From Octopus sinensis (taxonomy: Eukaryota), in assembly GCF_006345805.1 (NCBI RefSeq), contig NC_042998.1, positions 1 to 64,000 of the forward strand: DNA of 64,000 bases. The letters run 5' to 3'. The position numbers and the translations under genes were made by a program. Position 1 is the first letter of the stretch. Every line of letters begins with the position of its first letter. The notes beneath the pieces were generated by a model, which saw nothing but the letters and a program-made list of their open reading frames with translations, ran no database searches and was not told the origin of the DNA. Below are positions 13,353 through 26,980 of the stretch, one piece after another.

Positions 13353-15610
13353 CGGGTTAATAAAGGTTCTTAATAATGGTTCAATTTACATTTAATATCA
13401 TTGATTTTGTGTGTTTGTTATTTTTTTGGGTTGGAAGGGGGTGCGGCTCACAAGGTGGCCTAGTCGTGGCCCAGTGGTCCGCAGCCTGGTTTAGGTTGCC
13501 GACGCTTACATTAAACCCTAGAAATTTATCTGGAGAATTCCTGATGAAGTAAATGTAAAATAGTAACTGTTGGATCACTATACTGTTCCTATCGTCTGAC
13601 TGAGCAGACGTTTTATCAAAAGCATTTTTGACGTAACCATCTTGCCTCTTTTCACATTCAGGGCTTCTAGAATGGCCTTTTCTTATCAGTCCATCCCTTT
13701 TTAAGTAGAGATAGGGTGTTAGTTGAAAGAGATTTAACTGCCATTTCTAGTAATTCAAGCTCACAATTAGAGATTATCTCGTTGGCTCGGTTTCTCAAAA
13801 TCAAGTTGAAATGCAGAGTAGATCAGTTACGAGGAAATTTTCCCTATTAAGCTAACACAACAGCTCAGTTATGATTTATAATTTTTCAGAAATAATTTCA
13901 CTCTGTCATTTGTATTTATATTTCTGAATACCTACAAAAGTGTTTTAAATACTAACCGAAACACAACCCCCATTAGCAAAGCTGGTAATATGAGTACACG
14001 CAAATTCCAATGTTATTATTTATTCATTATGTATGCTGTGAAGCTGACAGAGACACTCCATAAAGTGAATAAGAGAGCTGCAAGTAACGTATGGTATAGA
14101 TTTGATATCTCAGAATATCACACATACGCACATACACACATGCACACACACACTTACTCACAAGCAGTAGCGGACTGGGTCTAAAAATTTTAGTTGCCAG
14201 GAGACTAAGGGGGCTCACCCGAAACAAAGATGCTATCATTTAAATTTTATAACCATGAGAGAAGCCTTTTCGGTAAAAAAAATTGTAAATATTTTCAAAC
14301 GAAAAGGTGTGTGGTTTAAGGAGATTTAGCTGTTGTTTCTAGCACATTCCACTATCACCTTCCTCGTTTCTCTGTCGCTGTTACTTGTATTGATATTTTC
14401 AATAACTTTCTTTCTATAAGCACATTTTATGGAATGGTGATGCGGAAGTAACACACACGTGGTACATTGTTGAGATGTAAGCAACAAAAAGAAACTCCAC
14501 CATTATTGAAATTAGTCATTACTCATTTTGCCCCAATTTAGACATCATTTCCATTTCCCGAAAGTAAATTTCTGACTGATTAACGTCCTTGATCTTTGAT
14601 CGGTTAGGACCTCCGATACTAGTGGACGAGAGGACCTAAGCTATCCTCAAACCGGAGATTTGACCCAAATGTTTATAACCTAATGTCCTGGTGTTGGTGT
14701 TAAACCAAATGATGGACTAAATTTACCAGTCATAAACTCGAGACGCAAGGCATCTTGTTCGATGCTTTAACAATTCCGCTAATCCAAATCCTTCCACTAG
14801 TATTTTATCTTATCGACTCAGAAAGGACAGAAGATAAAATTGACTGTCAAAGAACTATAGTCGTAGGTTAAGAAATATAAATGGTTGTTTCTAAAATACC
14901 CAATTTATTGAAAGCATTAGTTTTTACATCAAAGTAAATAAACAAATATATATTTCAGTATAATGATTTTCCCCAAACGTTTTTTTTAAATTTTTTTATT
15001 TTCAGAAAGTTGTTGTTAGTTCTTAAGAAAACTGCAAGTAATATAAAAATAACGAATTTATCTAACTTCGCAGTATCATGACACTAATATTTATGTGAAG
15101 CTATGTAAAATATGAGCTTCATATAAAATCGTAGGTGCCAAACAGATTTTTTAACCCGAGTCGTTTGAGTCGTTTAGAGGAGTTAGGTTGCTAACCACGA
15201 AGTTCTTGATTTCTTTGGGGTCTCGATTTCTTTGACCGAAAAATCGTATCAAGTTAAACCCGGTAGGGTACACATGGCTGTTCCAGTATTTCAGTCTCAC
15301 AGTCTTTCTTGGTTACGCTACGTGTTCTGGGTTGCTTCTATCGATGAAGAAAAAAATTTCTCACCTTTTCAAAACAAATCATAACAAAGTAAAAATAGCA
15401 ACCTGATTTAATATCTCGGTATGATGCAAGCAGGATCAACGTATTACAATGCAATGTCAATATAGCAACTAGATCTAAAATGTCGAACTCCTTGTATAGT
15501 GAAAACATCTTGCACAATCACAACGTTGTAAAACAGACTCTTAATATCAAATCGCATTACAGCATCAAAAATTACATCAATATTTTTTTAATACTTTAAA
15601 AATTCCTTAC

Positions 15611-15754
15611 CTTTTTATATTGACTTCTAAAAAGATAAATAACTGGATCCAACATAGAAGAGATGCAGACTTGTGCTAATAGAGCCTTGCACAAAAGTGG
15701 AAGTGAATTGTTTGTAACAGGTCGATTGATCAGCTGTGAGCGAACTGATATGAC
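15611..15754 (-). CDS. Candidate exon encoding a GPCR-like TM7/helix 8 segment (...ISSMLDPVIYLFRSQYKK)
   Basis: 144 nt, phase 0/0, open frame, acceptor CTCTCAG and donor AAG|GTAAGG, with a DPxxY motif followed by F and basic residues. No partner exons were confirmed. Confidence 0.3.
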
Positions 15755-17049
15755 CTGAGAGTTTTTGATCATGTTAGCTCATGTTATGTGACTCACTCCA
15801 TACTGTTATTGCTCACAGTGAACCTTTGATCTTAGCCTCTTGAGACATTAGTTTATTTCGAGTAATTTGCTATATTACTGAATCAAGCAAAGAAGTGAAA
15901 CTCCCAACATTCCTGGGTCCTTTGCTTCATACCCTGTTAGATAGTCTGATCCAGGTTGGGCAATTAGCCTGCCTTCCACTCGCATCGAATTCTAAATGCC
16001 AAGATACAATGACTATCTTGTGGGAAAAAAGACAGAATAGACGTTACTAGAACACCTTTGATCATGGATAGATTTTCTTGATAAGCGCACAGCAGGAGCT
16101 GAACAACAACGGTCTCAACAAAAAGAACAACCAGAATGCATTGATTTAAGCATTCTGCAATAGACTTTCTATATGAGAGTTGCAAACAGCTTTAAAAAAA
16201 ATGGAAAGAACGTTTCTGATGTATTGTGCATGTAACACAGCAGGAATGTCTCTGGGAATATAAGAGGATGAGAGAAACATTTAAATTACAATTATACATT
16301 CCCAAATCTTACTAGCACCATAACTATATACACAGGTTTTTGTGACTTGGGAACTCTTCTTTTACATTTTTTTTATTTGCCCATAGAAGGAATGAGCTAT
16401 AACAAAGAAAAAATATTTCATTATTGAAATTTTGACATCAGTAACTTTACAGAGTTACATGCTAAAATTTAAAGAAACCTTACATATTTCATTGTTCCGC
16501 TTCTAGAATGGAGAATTTAAATTATAAATTAAGCGGTGTATTTTTATTACCTCAGTCCTCTTTCTTCAAAAGAAATAATATTTAATAACGAAACCAAGTG
16601 CCAATGATTAGAAGTAAAACGTTGAATTTATAAGCTTTAAGAGAAGTAAGTTTCAAATCAGCTCTCCATAAATGACTTTGAATGTAATTTTACACATAAG
16701 CTGAACAGCTAATCTCTTATGTAACTTTTGTTCCTTCCGAGGTACCCCTCTTACAACAGTTGTTGCTGCTGTTGTTCTTGATACTATAGTTGTTGTTGCT
16801 GTTGTTGTTACTCTTGTTGTTGCCGCTATTGTTATTTGTCCGAGGAATTTCAACCGTGACCATCCTGTCTTTTCAGGATTATGTTTGGTTTACATTACCT
16901 AACGTGTCCTTTATTCATTTAAGACAGTAGGATATACGATCTGAAGTATGATATATGATCTAACAGCCATGAGTGTCTGCATATTGTAAAGCTTTTAATG
17001 AAAATATTTTGCCAACATTCCTTGTATAAAAAAACGGAAATGGAACATC

Positions 17050-17438
17050 TGTAGGGAGTCAAGGAAGCCATATTTCGTTATCACGGGTTAAAATAGTTCT
17101 GCTTTGGCAACGGCAGCCAATCAGAGCTGGTTGTGTACCTATAAAAGCAGCAGTCATCAGAACAGCTAGAGCGCGCCTTCTTGGCAGTCAGTCAACAGAA
17201 GACTTCGACGCCACCTCTACGACCGTCGGCAAACAGATCCTACGACCGTCACCCAACAGAGCTGCATAACTGTCAGCAGAGAGATCTCCACAGCCGACAG
17301 CGGACAGATCTTGACATTTCACACAAGCCTTCGTACCACCAGCTACTGCCTGTTGGTTTTTCTTACACTCTTACCACTGCAAACTTCTAATCTACTCGTG
17401 CAATTGTAAGTTTCCATGGCTTCCCTCTGACTCCTACA
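17050..17438 (+). mobile_element. Solo-LTR-like element
   Basis: TGT...ACA termini with a ~23-bp imperfect inverted repeat (TGTAGGGAGTCAAGGAAGCCAT / ATGGCTTCCCTCTGACTCCTACA), an internal CCAAT box near 17117 and TATAAAAG near 17140. No TSD was found. Confidence 0.6.
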
Positions 17439-17638
17439 TATATGCGCTCACTTTGCTCAGCACTTGACAACAATCCCAAATAAATTACTATGCTTCTGAC
17501 ATTTATTTCTACATACTTATCTCCGTGTCATATTGGGACATTATTACACTCGAATACGCGACAATCAACTTTGTTACATTTAAAAACCTATTTCACTTAG
17601 AACATGTAACATATAATATTGGTGACAACTCATTCAAT

Positions 17639-17672
17639 TGGTGACCCCGGCGTGATTCGAACACGAAGCCTT
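17639..17672 (-). other. tRNA-Trp 3'-half-like sequence including CCA (PBS or tRNA retrocopy fragment)
   Basis: TGGTGACCCCGGCGTGATTCGAACACG is complementary to the eukaryotic tRNA-Trp 3' end (..GUGUUC(A/G)AAUCACGUCGGGGUCA-CCA). It is not a full tRNA gene. Confidence 0.7.
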
Positions 17673-17722
17673 TGGTGGCCTTCACTGCACTAAATGAGGT
17701 GACCCGAACATTGAAATATTTC

Positions 17723-17778
<56 letters not shown>

Positions 17779-18192
17779 TAATAATAATAATATATATATA
17801 TATGAATATTTTTTTTAATAACAGTGACTGAGCAAATATTTCCAATATGGCTACCATCTTCATTGTACTTTAGTCGTGCCTTACGCATACGCAGCCGTAA
17901 TCAAGGTGCATATCTCGCCTCGTTTTGAATGAATTTTCTTGCTTGTCGCCATGATGTAAAATTACAATTCACAATAGCTAAAAGCATTTTTTTCCGGCTT
18001 GAGAATTATTGGCTATATCTCCATATGTTTTTCATTAAATCGAACCTTTTTCTTTCTTTTGTCTATATTTTTCATCATTTTGTAATATTCCAATTCGTCA
18101 AACGTTTCCAATTACTTTAGGGAGAGGGGTAAAATAAGTCATTTCTGATTTCTGATTTTCTCTCTACCTGCTTGAAACTATTACATTGCAAT

Positions 18193-18601
18193 ATTTACAA
18201 TGGACGGATAGGTGTCCTCACCTTGTTTGCTGTTACCACAGCGTTTCGGCTGATGTACTCTCCAGGCTTCATCAAGTGTTCTGGTGGAATTTCGAACCCA
18301 ACCCTGTATTTGACTAATATGCCCACGTACATATAGCGTAGTGGATAAGACCGCGACTACTAACCCTCGGTTTCTGAGTTCAATCCCAAGCAGTGTCTTG
18401 AGAAATGATAACAAAAAATAACAAAAAATAACATCAGCAAAAAAGAATACCTTAGGAATGAGGACAGAGTACCCCCTTATTCAAATAAAGGGTTGGATTC
18501 GAAATTCTACCAGAACACCTGATGAAGGCTGGAGAGCACATCAGCCGAAACGTTGTGGTAACAACAAACAAGATGAGGACACCTATTCGACCATTGTAGA
18601 T
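18193..18601. mobile_element. Inverted pair of ~120-bp Penelope pLTR-like arms (18193-18313 minus, 18481-18601 plus) around a tRNA-like head
   Basis: The arms align as reverse complements. The spacer carries A-box-like TAGCGTAGTGG and B-box-like GAGTTCAATCC at about 18334-18390. Confidence 0.75.
18516..18557 (+). ncRNA. Minimal type I hammerhead ribozyme candidate
   Basis: CAC-CUGAUGA-A-GGCUG(10-nt loop)CAGCC-GAAA-CG-UU-GUG: 3-bp helix I, 5-bp helix II, palindromic ACGU helix III. Confidence 0.55.
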
Positions 18602-19369
18602 AATATACATAATTCCTCATCTCAAATAATATAGAATAGTATTACATTGCAATTATTGCATCATTTGTTCTGTTGTATCATCTTTGGGAGTAAAAATTGG
18701 TCAGCATAGTTGTTGTTGAATTTGAGAGAGTTTTGAAACACAATCGACAGATACTGTTCTTTCAAGAAATGCTTCAACTTCGACCCGATTGTAATTGAAT
18801 TGGCTAATAAAATATCTGGATAAGTTTTGATGTTTAACAATTAATATTCTTTCCTCTGTTGGATTCCATGTTAATTTTTTCCCACACTAATGTCTAATTT
18901 GATAATTTTCCATTCTCACAACTGTAGTGTTGTCATAAACATATATATTATTTAGTAGTGTAATACCAAATATCACTTGTAACTAATAAGTTATTACTGT
19001 TAATGAAATAATTGTAATTATTTTCACATTTAATTAATTGCCTTACGTAAAATAATATTTAATTAATAAGTCGCAGGTTATATCTTCCAGACGATTTCTA
19101 AAAAGAATGAAATAGTGCTACACATCAATACCGCCGACTAGGAATTGTAAGAATTTCGTAATAAGTAAAGAAACATTGTGAATTCTATGCATCCTTATCA
19201 TTCCTTAATTTCAAATTCAAATCTTAAATCCCATCTGATATTATTACTATCATTATCTGCCTGTAATACTTTCCTTCACTAGAGAAACCACGTGCATTTG
19301 GAGATATTTTCTCCCATAGATAAGATAATTGAGGTACTTGAGTTAAATGATTTTTTGTTGAATCGATGT

Positions 19370-19421
<52 letters not shown>

Positions 19422-21898
19422 TGTTCCTCTTTTTCCATTTTTCTTCAGGTTTTAGATTCGTGTTTTTAATGTGGTTTTGTATTACACATGTATCATATAC
19501 ATACGTGTTATATTTCAATAAAATGTAGTTAGGATGAAGACGTATGTTTTTTTTTTAAAAAAAGACCTTGAGTTTTATATTGTTGTGAATATATCTTTAT
19601 GGTGTTGAATGCAATAGTTTTTAACATCACAGCAATATTATATCAGCACCATATAGGTTCATTAAGCATTATTGGGATTCATTGAACCTAGTTTAATCTA
19701 TATCTAATTATATATATTATGATTGTGGCAATGATTCAGAAAAAAAACCTTAGGTTTATAAATCACGTGAATGACTATGAATACATCTTGGATTGAAGCA
19801 CGGTTCCATATGATATTTGCTGTTCCTAAGAATGACATGTTTATTTAAATGCATGTCTAATTAGTATAATATATCAGTTTCAGGCTAATACTAGTGCAAT
19901 CTACGTAAACTATGGGCAAAGATTAAATATATTTTGTTATAACTTGACTTCTGTTAGTTTTTACGGTTGTGCCTAGAAAACAAAATTTCATACTTATATA
20001 AAGTACAATGATGTAGTAAAAGTATTTAATGTAACCTAACACTTAAATGTTTTTATATAAAAAGAATGTATCAAGTTATGAAATTTAACAAGATGTCCGC
20101 AATAAGATTCAACATTTGAATGAGTTATGACAACTAATGATCAGTAATTAGCGAATTGTTTTAATACTAAATCCTAATCATCATACATTAAGTTAAGGAG
20201 TGTCTAAATATTCATGACATGGCCTCAAGATGCTTCTGAAACTGGTCTAAACTCAATATTTTCTCGGAAAGTGAAGAGGTCTTACGCGCACACTGCCTCG
20301 TCTGACGCCGTCCCTAAGTCACATGAGGGGTCATCAATTTTAATTTTCACCTCCTCCTAGAAACTTTACAGCAGTTGGTCCCTTATCTAAGCCCAAATTA
20401 TCCGGTGTATTTTTAACTTTCAAGACGATATGGTCTGATTTGAGGTATATCTACCTGTTATTTCGAGTAAATCATGCGGACTTCCTCATTAATTTGAATG
20501 AATTGTGTTATCTAACATTGTTACATTACGAGTCCACGTAAAGTTAGCTTTCCGAGGAATTCATGCTATATTTTACCGGTCCCAGTTTCTGCTTCTGTCT
20601 GTTTGCCTGTCTTGTCTGTTACATGTTAATATATGTATATATTTGTTAATATTGATAAATTCATATTTACATATATATATGTATGTATGTATAAATTCAT
20701 ACACACACACGCACACACACACAAACACACACATATACACGCATATAAGAATTTTAATGCGAAGAGATGAAATGAACAGGATATGTTACAAATCACTACA
20801 AATGTTTCGGCGTGTCGATATCAGGTGGTGAGTGCTTGATGTTACACATACTATACACATTATCGATAATCCAGCAATAGCTGTATGCATGCACGACTTC
20901 AGGTGACTTGGATCCAAAGCACTGCTGTTGTTGAATTATACTAATACAATAATGTGTATAATATATGTAACATTCAGCAGATAATGATGTCCCGTAACAA
21001 TTGAAGTGATTTGTAATAGAGCCTGTTCAACCTTCTCGGAGGCGAGCTTTGGGAAGCACGTTATAAGGTTATTACCCAAATAATATGAAATTATATACAC
21101 ATACAAACATACACACGCACAAGCACACACACATACATATGTATATATAAGCCACTTTTGTAATTTTCTGTTGATTAAAGAATCACACACACACACACAC
21201 GCACGCACCCACACACACACACATACACATGTATCTTTTATTCTTTTATTAAAGCTGTAAAATTATCACAAGACTGTTACTTAGAGTTTCAAGTTCCTGT
21301 TCGTCGGACAGCTGGGATTGTTTTATACATAGATAGAGAGAGAGAGAGGGAGAGAGAGAGGGAGAGAGAGAGGGAGAGAGACAGACAGACAGAGAGGGAG
21401 AGACAAAGAGAGAAGATGGCGTGAAGTATTGTATGACTTCTCGGAGACCTAAGTCCACGTAGAATCACGAAGTAACTGACTTTTGAAATGTTTATTTGGA
21501 CATTTTGTCATTTAATAATAAACGTTTAAAAAACTACTTTTTTAAATAAACAAAGAAAATCTGTCTCCATTAAAGGAATATCAAAATAGACACACATACA
21601 CACACACTTATGAATATTGAAGTTAAGTCATATGTACAATTGAATAAATGTTTATATATACTGCTTTCTACGCACTTATATGTATGCGCATGTGCGTATG
21701 TGCGTGTATGCATGTATATATGTGTATATACATTTGTATGTATATAAATACATATATATATATATACACACACACATACATTTATTATATCCTTTGTATG
21801 CAGAAACATGTTTGTTCACATGCATTCCGATATATATATATAATTTATAAATGTATAAATATATAAATGTATAAATGCCAAAACTATTCTTGACACCA

Positions 21899-21949
21899 AG
21901 CTTCCTGATGATTTCATTTGAATGAAACAGTTCTAGTCCTGTAGAAGCT
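21899..21949 (+). ncRNA. Type I hammerhead ribozyme (family P1), heading a ~135-bp repeat that ends near 22034
   Basis: AGCUUC-CUGAUGA-U-UUC(AUUU)GAA-U-GAAA-CAG(UUCUAGUC)CUG-UA-GAAGCU: 6-bp helix I, closed helix III, GUA cleavage triplet. Helix II has a U.U closing pair. Confidence 0.75.
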
Positions 21950-22114
21950 CCTTCTATAAAATAAATTAATTTACTCTGCTATGTATTGAGTACCTTATTT
22001 ACTGTGGTTAACCCCGACTCAACCCGGGACCTACATATATATATATATATAATATATATATATATATATACTATATATATATATAATAATATATATATAT
22101 ATAATATATATATA

Positions 22115-22149
<35 letters not shown>

Positions 22150-22185
22150 GATATATATATATATATAGATATTCTTTTATTTGTT

Positions 22186-22556
22186 CCAGTCATTTGATTG
22201 CGACCATGCTGGAGCACTGCCTTTAATCGAAAAAGTCGACGCCCCAGGCCTTATTTTTTGTAAGCCTAGTACTTATTCTATCGGATTCTTTTGCCGAACC
22301 GCTAGCTTACGGGGACGTAAAAAAAAACCAACATCGGTTGTCAAGCGATGGTGGGGTGACAAACACAGAAACACAAAAACATATACATATATATACGACG
22401 GGCTTCTTTCAGTTTCTGTCTACCAAACCCACTCAAAAGGCTTTGGTCGACCCGAGGGTATATTAGAAGACACTTGCCCAAGGTGCCACGCAGTGGAACT
22501 GAACCCGGAATCATGTGGTTGGTAAGCAAGCTATTTACCACACAATCACTCCTGCG

Positions 22557-22560
<4 letters not shown>
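22186..22560 (-). mobile_element. CORE-SINE, OR-like octopus family
   Basis: Reverse complement starts TAGGCGCAGGAGTGATTGTGTGGTAA (tRNA head), has CORE-like CACCTTGGGCAAGTGTCTT and a tail ending GGCAGTGCTCCAGCATGGTCGCA..TGACTGGAAC. Confidence 0.88.
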
Positions 22561-22595
<35 letters not shown>

Positions 22596-22662
22596 TATTA
22601 TGCATGTATGTATATATATATATATATATATATACATATGCATATACATATACATACATACA

Positions 22663-22705
<43 letters not shown>

Positions 22706-22731
22706 GCATATACATATACATACATACATGC

Positions 22732-22774
<43 letters not shown>

Positions 22775-22974
22775 TCACTATAAATATGCGTGTGTGTGTA
22801 TGTGTGTGTTCATAAAACTACACCATATTTAATGACTTTTCATCAAGTAAAAATAATGCGAAAATATATACATATATGAATTCATGCACTTGCACTTTTA
22901 TGAACTGTATTTCAGAAGAATTTGTGTGGGTGTGCCTATATGTATATATATATATATATACACACGTCTTTTGT

Positions 22975-23160
22975 CGTTACTTGCTTCAGTCATTGGACTG
23001 CAGCGATGCTGGGGCACCGCCTTGAAGGGTTTAGTCAGTCAGATCGACCCCTCTGTTCTTTTGTTGTTTTAAGCTTGACACTTATTCTATCGGCTCTTTT
23101 TGCCGAACTGCTAAGTTACGAGCTCGTAAGCAAATCAACGCCGGTGAGGGTGGAGGACAA
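22975..23160 (-). mobile_element. 3' part of the same OR-like SINE
   Basis: Aligns with 22186-22350. Confidence 0.8.
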
Positions 23161-23436
23161 TCACACACTCAAACATACACACACACACACTCACGCACAC
23201 ACACACATTTTCATACATGCATGTATGTGTGTATGTGTGTCTCTATATGAATACTGTAGTTAAGAACACACACGTTTGTCTTTAACACGTATATTTATCT
23301 AAAGTAAGGAACGTACTTTCTTTTTTGATATACTGGTATGTACGCTATGGATTCATGTGTGTTTGTGCTTTTAACTACCCTATGTAGTTATGCATGTGTG
23401 TGTGTGTGTATATATATATATGCACAAACATATATG

Positions 23437-23487
<51 letters not shown>

Positions 23488-23517
23488 TATACATATATAT
23501 ATTCATATATGTTTGTG

Positions 23518-23582
<65 letters not shown>

Positions 23583-23618
23583 CATATATATACATATATA
23601 TATTCATATATGTTTGTG

Positions 23619-23688
<70 letters not shown>

Positions 23689-24594
23689 TCATATATGTTT
23701 GTGTGTGTGTGTGTATATATATATATAAACACAAACATATATGAATATGTATATATATATATATATTCATATATGTTTGTGTGTGTGTGTATATATATAT
23801 ATGTGTGTGTGTGTGTGTATGTATGTGTATGTATGTATATATGTATGTATATATGTATGTATGTGTATGTATGTATATATGTATGTATGTACGTATGTAT
23901 GTATATACTGCTATTAGATATCTAAGTCAATGCTAGTTTTTTTTCAAGTCTCTGACACGATATCACCCAGTTAAACGAAATTTCAGCCATATATATTCTT
24001 ATAGTTGAATTGAAATGACTGGTTTTGTTTTGGCATCTTGACGTTATGCTGTGACGCCGTCCGCTGTTGGCCCAGCCGCTCGGCGGGAAGTTCGTCTGCT
24101 TGATGATATAATGTTGTCGGTTGAGTGTTATAGCAACCATTGTTGTTTGTAATATTCATAACAGATAAGAAGTTGGGGATTTAGATGAATAGTTTAAGCA
24201 GATCTTTAGTTTTTATTTTAAATTTTATTTTACATATTTCATGTTTTTTCTTTTATTTCCCTATTCTTAAACGACCCGGAGTTTTGTGTAATGTTAGCTT
24301 TTTCTGAAACAAGTCAACATGCATCGAATTTCTCTCATTTGTTATTCACTTGCACCAAAATAAATAAATAAATAAATAAATAAATAAGAAAGCTTGTTAT
24401 AATGAGAAAATGAAAGAAACATTTACTATAGTTAGTCCAGCCGTTTAAGGTACTTGTTTTTTCTTCGTTACAAAACTGAACGCTTTTTATTCTGTTTACA
24501 TAGAATGACCTCTGGTTTGTGTTTCTCGTTTATCTACTCTAGCATGTATTTTATAATTTTCATTACTTTTTAATAGATGGAAAAAAAACATTTC

Positions 24595-24632
<38 letters not shown>

Positions 24633-25229
24633 GTCTGTTTTGGTGTGAATAAATATGTATTTTCAGACTATTTTCAGAGAAAATTGGATTATTATCAAGT
24701 TTTACTGGATGAAAATTCTTCTCCTTTGGATTATTTTGTAAAACGGAAAGTTTCGGAAAGTGTGAAAGGAAAGTGTGAAAGTCTACTTTAACATGTGGAG
24801 TAAACAAAAGTCAATTTTTTTAGACTTTCTTTTTGTATTTATATGGAAAAGTTTCTTTATGGTTTCAATATGGTATCTTATACTGCAAGAGTAGGAACAG
24901 GTGTTTAGAACAAAGGTAGTACTACTGACTGCACCTTCAAAACGAAATAATTTTTGAAAGGAAATTAATTAAAAAAAAAAGATAAACAGAATTCAAAGAA
25001 AGTTAATCAGAAAAAAAAGACATTGAAACAGATACACTCACAAAGACAACAATTTGGCACCTGGAAACGTAAACATACCCTACATAAACAAAAGTACGAA
25101 CAACAGTAATACAAACTTGTACAATATAAATGAACATATTAACAACACTTTTGCTAGCATGACAAACCAAATGGAGGTTTTAGATATATTTGTCGAAGCC
25201 AGTCAAGTAAAGAAACATAGTAACGGTAT

Positions 25230-25900
25230 GTCCTAAAGAGGATGTCTTCTTGCTTGAGGGATTTACTCAGGGACAGATAAGGAGGAAGATGACATATTCC
25301 TGCTGTGTACAGATCGGTCGAGGCTCCATATATCTTTAAAAGAACAGTTAAAGAAAGTCTTAGACATTGTGTGAAACAATGTGTCCTAGAGGTAGGGCAT
25401 ATGGAAATGAAAGCTTGTGCTTGAAAGCCAGCTGAACCTGTGCACCATCCACTTGTCGATAAGCTGGTGCCTATATGAGACGGTGCAATACGAGGGTCAC
25501 TTCAAAGGAAACTGGGATAGATGATAACTACTTCGGCTCATTGTCAACTTTATGGTACAGTATGAGTTGGTGGCGAGTGCGAAGTTGATAACATATGGCA
25601 TGTGTTCGGGACCATCGAGCAATCGTGTAGTTGTAAGCCATTGTAGGCGCAGGGAAAAGGGCAATAAAACTTATGTTGACAAAAGAGCTGAACTGCTATG
25701 TATGTGTCAGTAAGAACTACACGCCGAATTTCTGCCCATAGAAGCTGATTACGCAGGGAAAGGGAGAAAGTTGATGACAGCGGGGACAACAATAACGACT
25801 GATCCCAGATGCTGCTATTTCCAGAGCATCACGAGTTGTAGCATTGAGAGTTTTGAAAGAAATCTTCACGTCCTCAATGCAAGGATCACTGCTCGGTCAA
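25230..25900 (-). mobile_element. Possible very decayed LINE C-terminal region
   Basis: Minus-frame SICPTSRTHCFTQCL...YLSLSKSLKQ loosely resembles post-RT LINE C-termini. No clean motif is present. Confidence 0.3.
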
Positions 25901-26814
25901 AGTAGTGCCAAACCATAATCTGGCGACCTGAGAAAGCTGCCGAGCGGCAGCCGGTTGTCTGTGACTGTGGAACGAAGTTACAGATTTGTGGTACCATTCA
26001 CAGAAGAGGAGGAGGAGAAGAAAGAAGGCCAATAATGGTGCCGACCCTACAATTTCACCACCACCACCATCACCAGTATCAACAACGACAACACCATCTA
26101 CAACATCAGCAGCAACAGCAACAAAACACCCTAAAAGCAACAACAAAACCCCAACAAAATCAGATTCTATTATCTCAATCGAAAGAAGGCTTCTGTCAGT
26201 ATCCTTACTCAGAAATAGGTTTAGAAGACGCTTTCTTTGAACTGCCGGACAAAAGTAGCTAACGTATATGTAATTTCGGTGGTGTATTGCCGTCCAATTG
26301 ACGGGTCTTTTTAGGGAACGTCCAATCAGATTGGAAATCTTTTGCTTATTGTGCAAGGGACAGCTTCCACTGGTGGAGAAGTACATCTACTGTAAAACAA
26401 GCCCAATCAAGGCAAGTCTTAGGATGCCGATGATGCACTGCCTCGTGCTGAGACTAATACACATGCAAAAATTCTTGTTGACGATGATTATAAACATATT
26501 CCAGTCTGTGAAACATAACTTTTCCGCACCTTGTCAAGTGGAGATAACTATGTACCGGTATAGAATCCAACACTTCTCAAACACACTGATTTCACCTGGA
26601 TGAAAATCAACTCTCGTTTGTATTAAGTCATGTCAGACATTGCTTTTACAAGGAGGCTAATATAAGGATTTGGTAATAGTAGAAATACTACAGCAATTAC
26701 ACTGTGTAACACAATTTTTGTCCTTGGGTAGCAACTGTTATTTCCTATTTGCTTATCGCTAGAAAATATGAAAAATGGCTAATATTTTCTTCAGACTGCT
26801 TTTGTTACGATATT

Positions 26815-26980
26815 TATTCAAACCCTAAATAATCCCTATGAACACATGGTTATCATACTCCGTTACTACTGCTCATGATCAGAGATGCACATAGTGTCAA
26901 TCACTAAGTGACATGCTCAAGTGGCTAAGGTCAAGTAACTGACAAGCAAATCTGTGGTGTTGAGCAGAATATTTGCTATA
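26815..26980 (-). mobile_element. Fragment of the interspersed repeat seen at 59762-60920
   Basis: Reverse complement matches about 59870-60030 (GCAAATATTCTGCTCAA..CACAGATTTGCTTGTCAGTT..GATCATGAGCAG). Confidence 0.8.

Noticed and set aside
25489-25510. Mariner-like TIR start TACGAGGG
   Set aside because: No matching opposite TIR or transposase.
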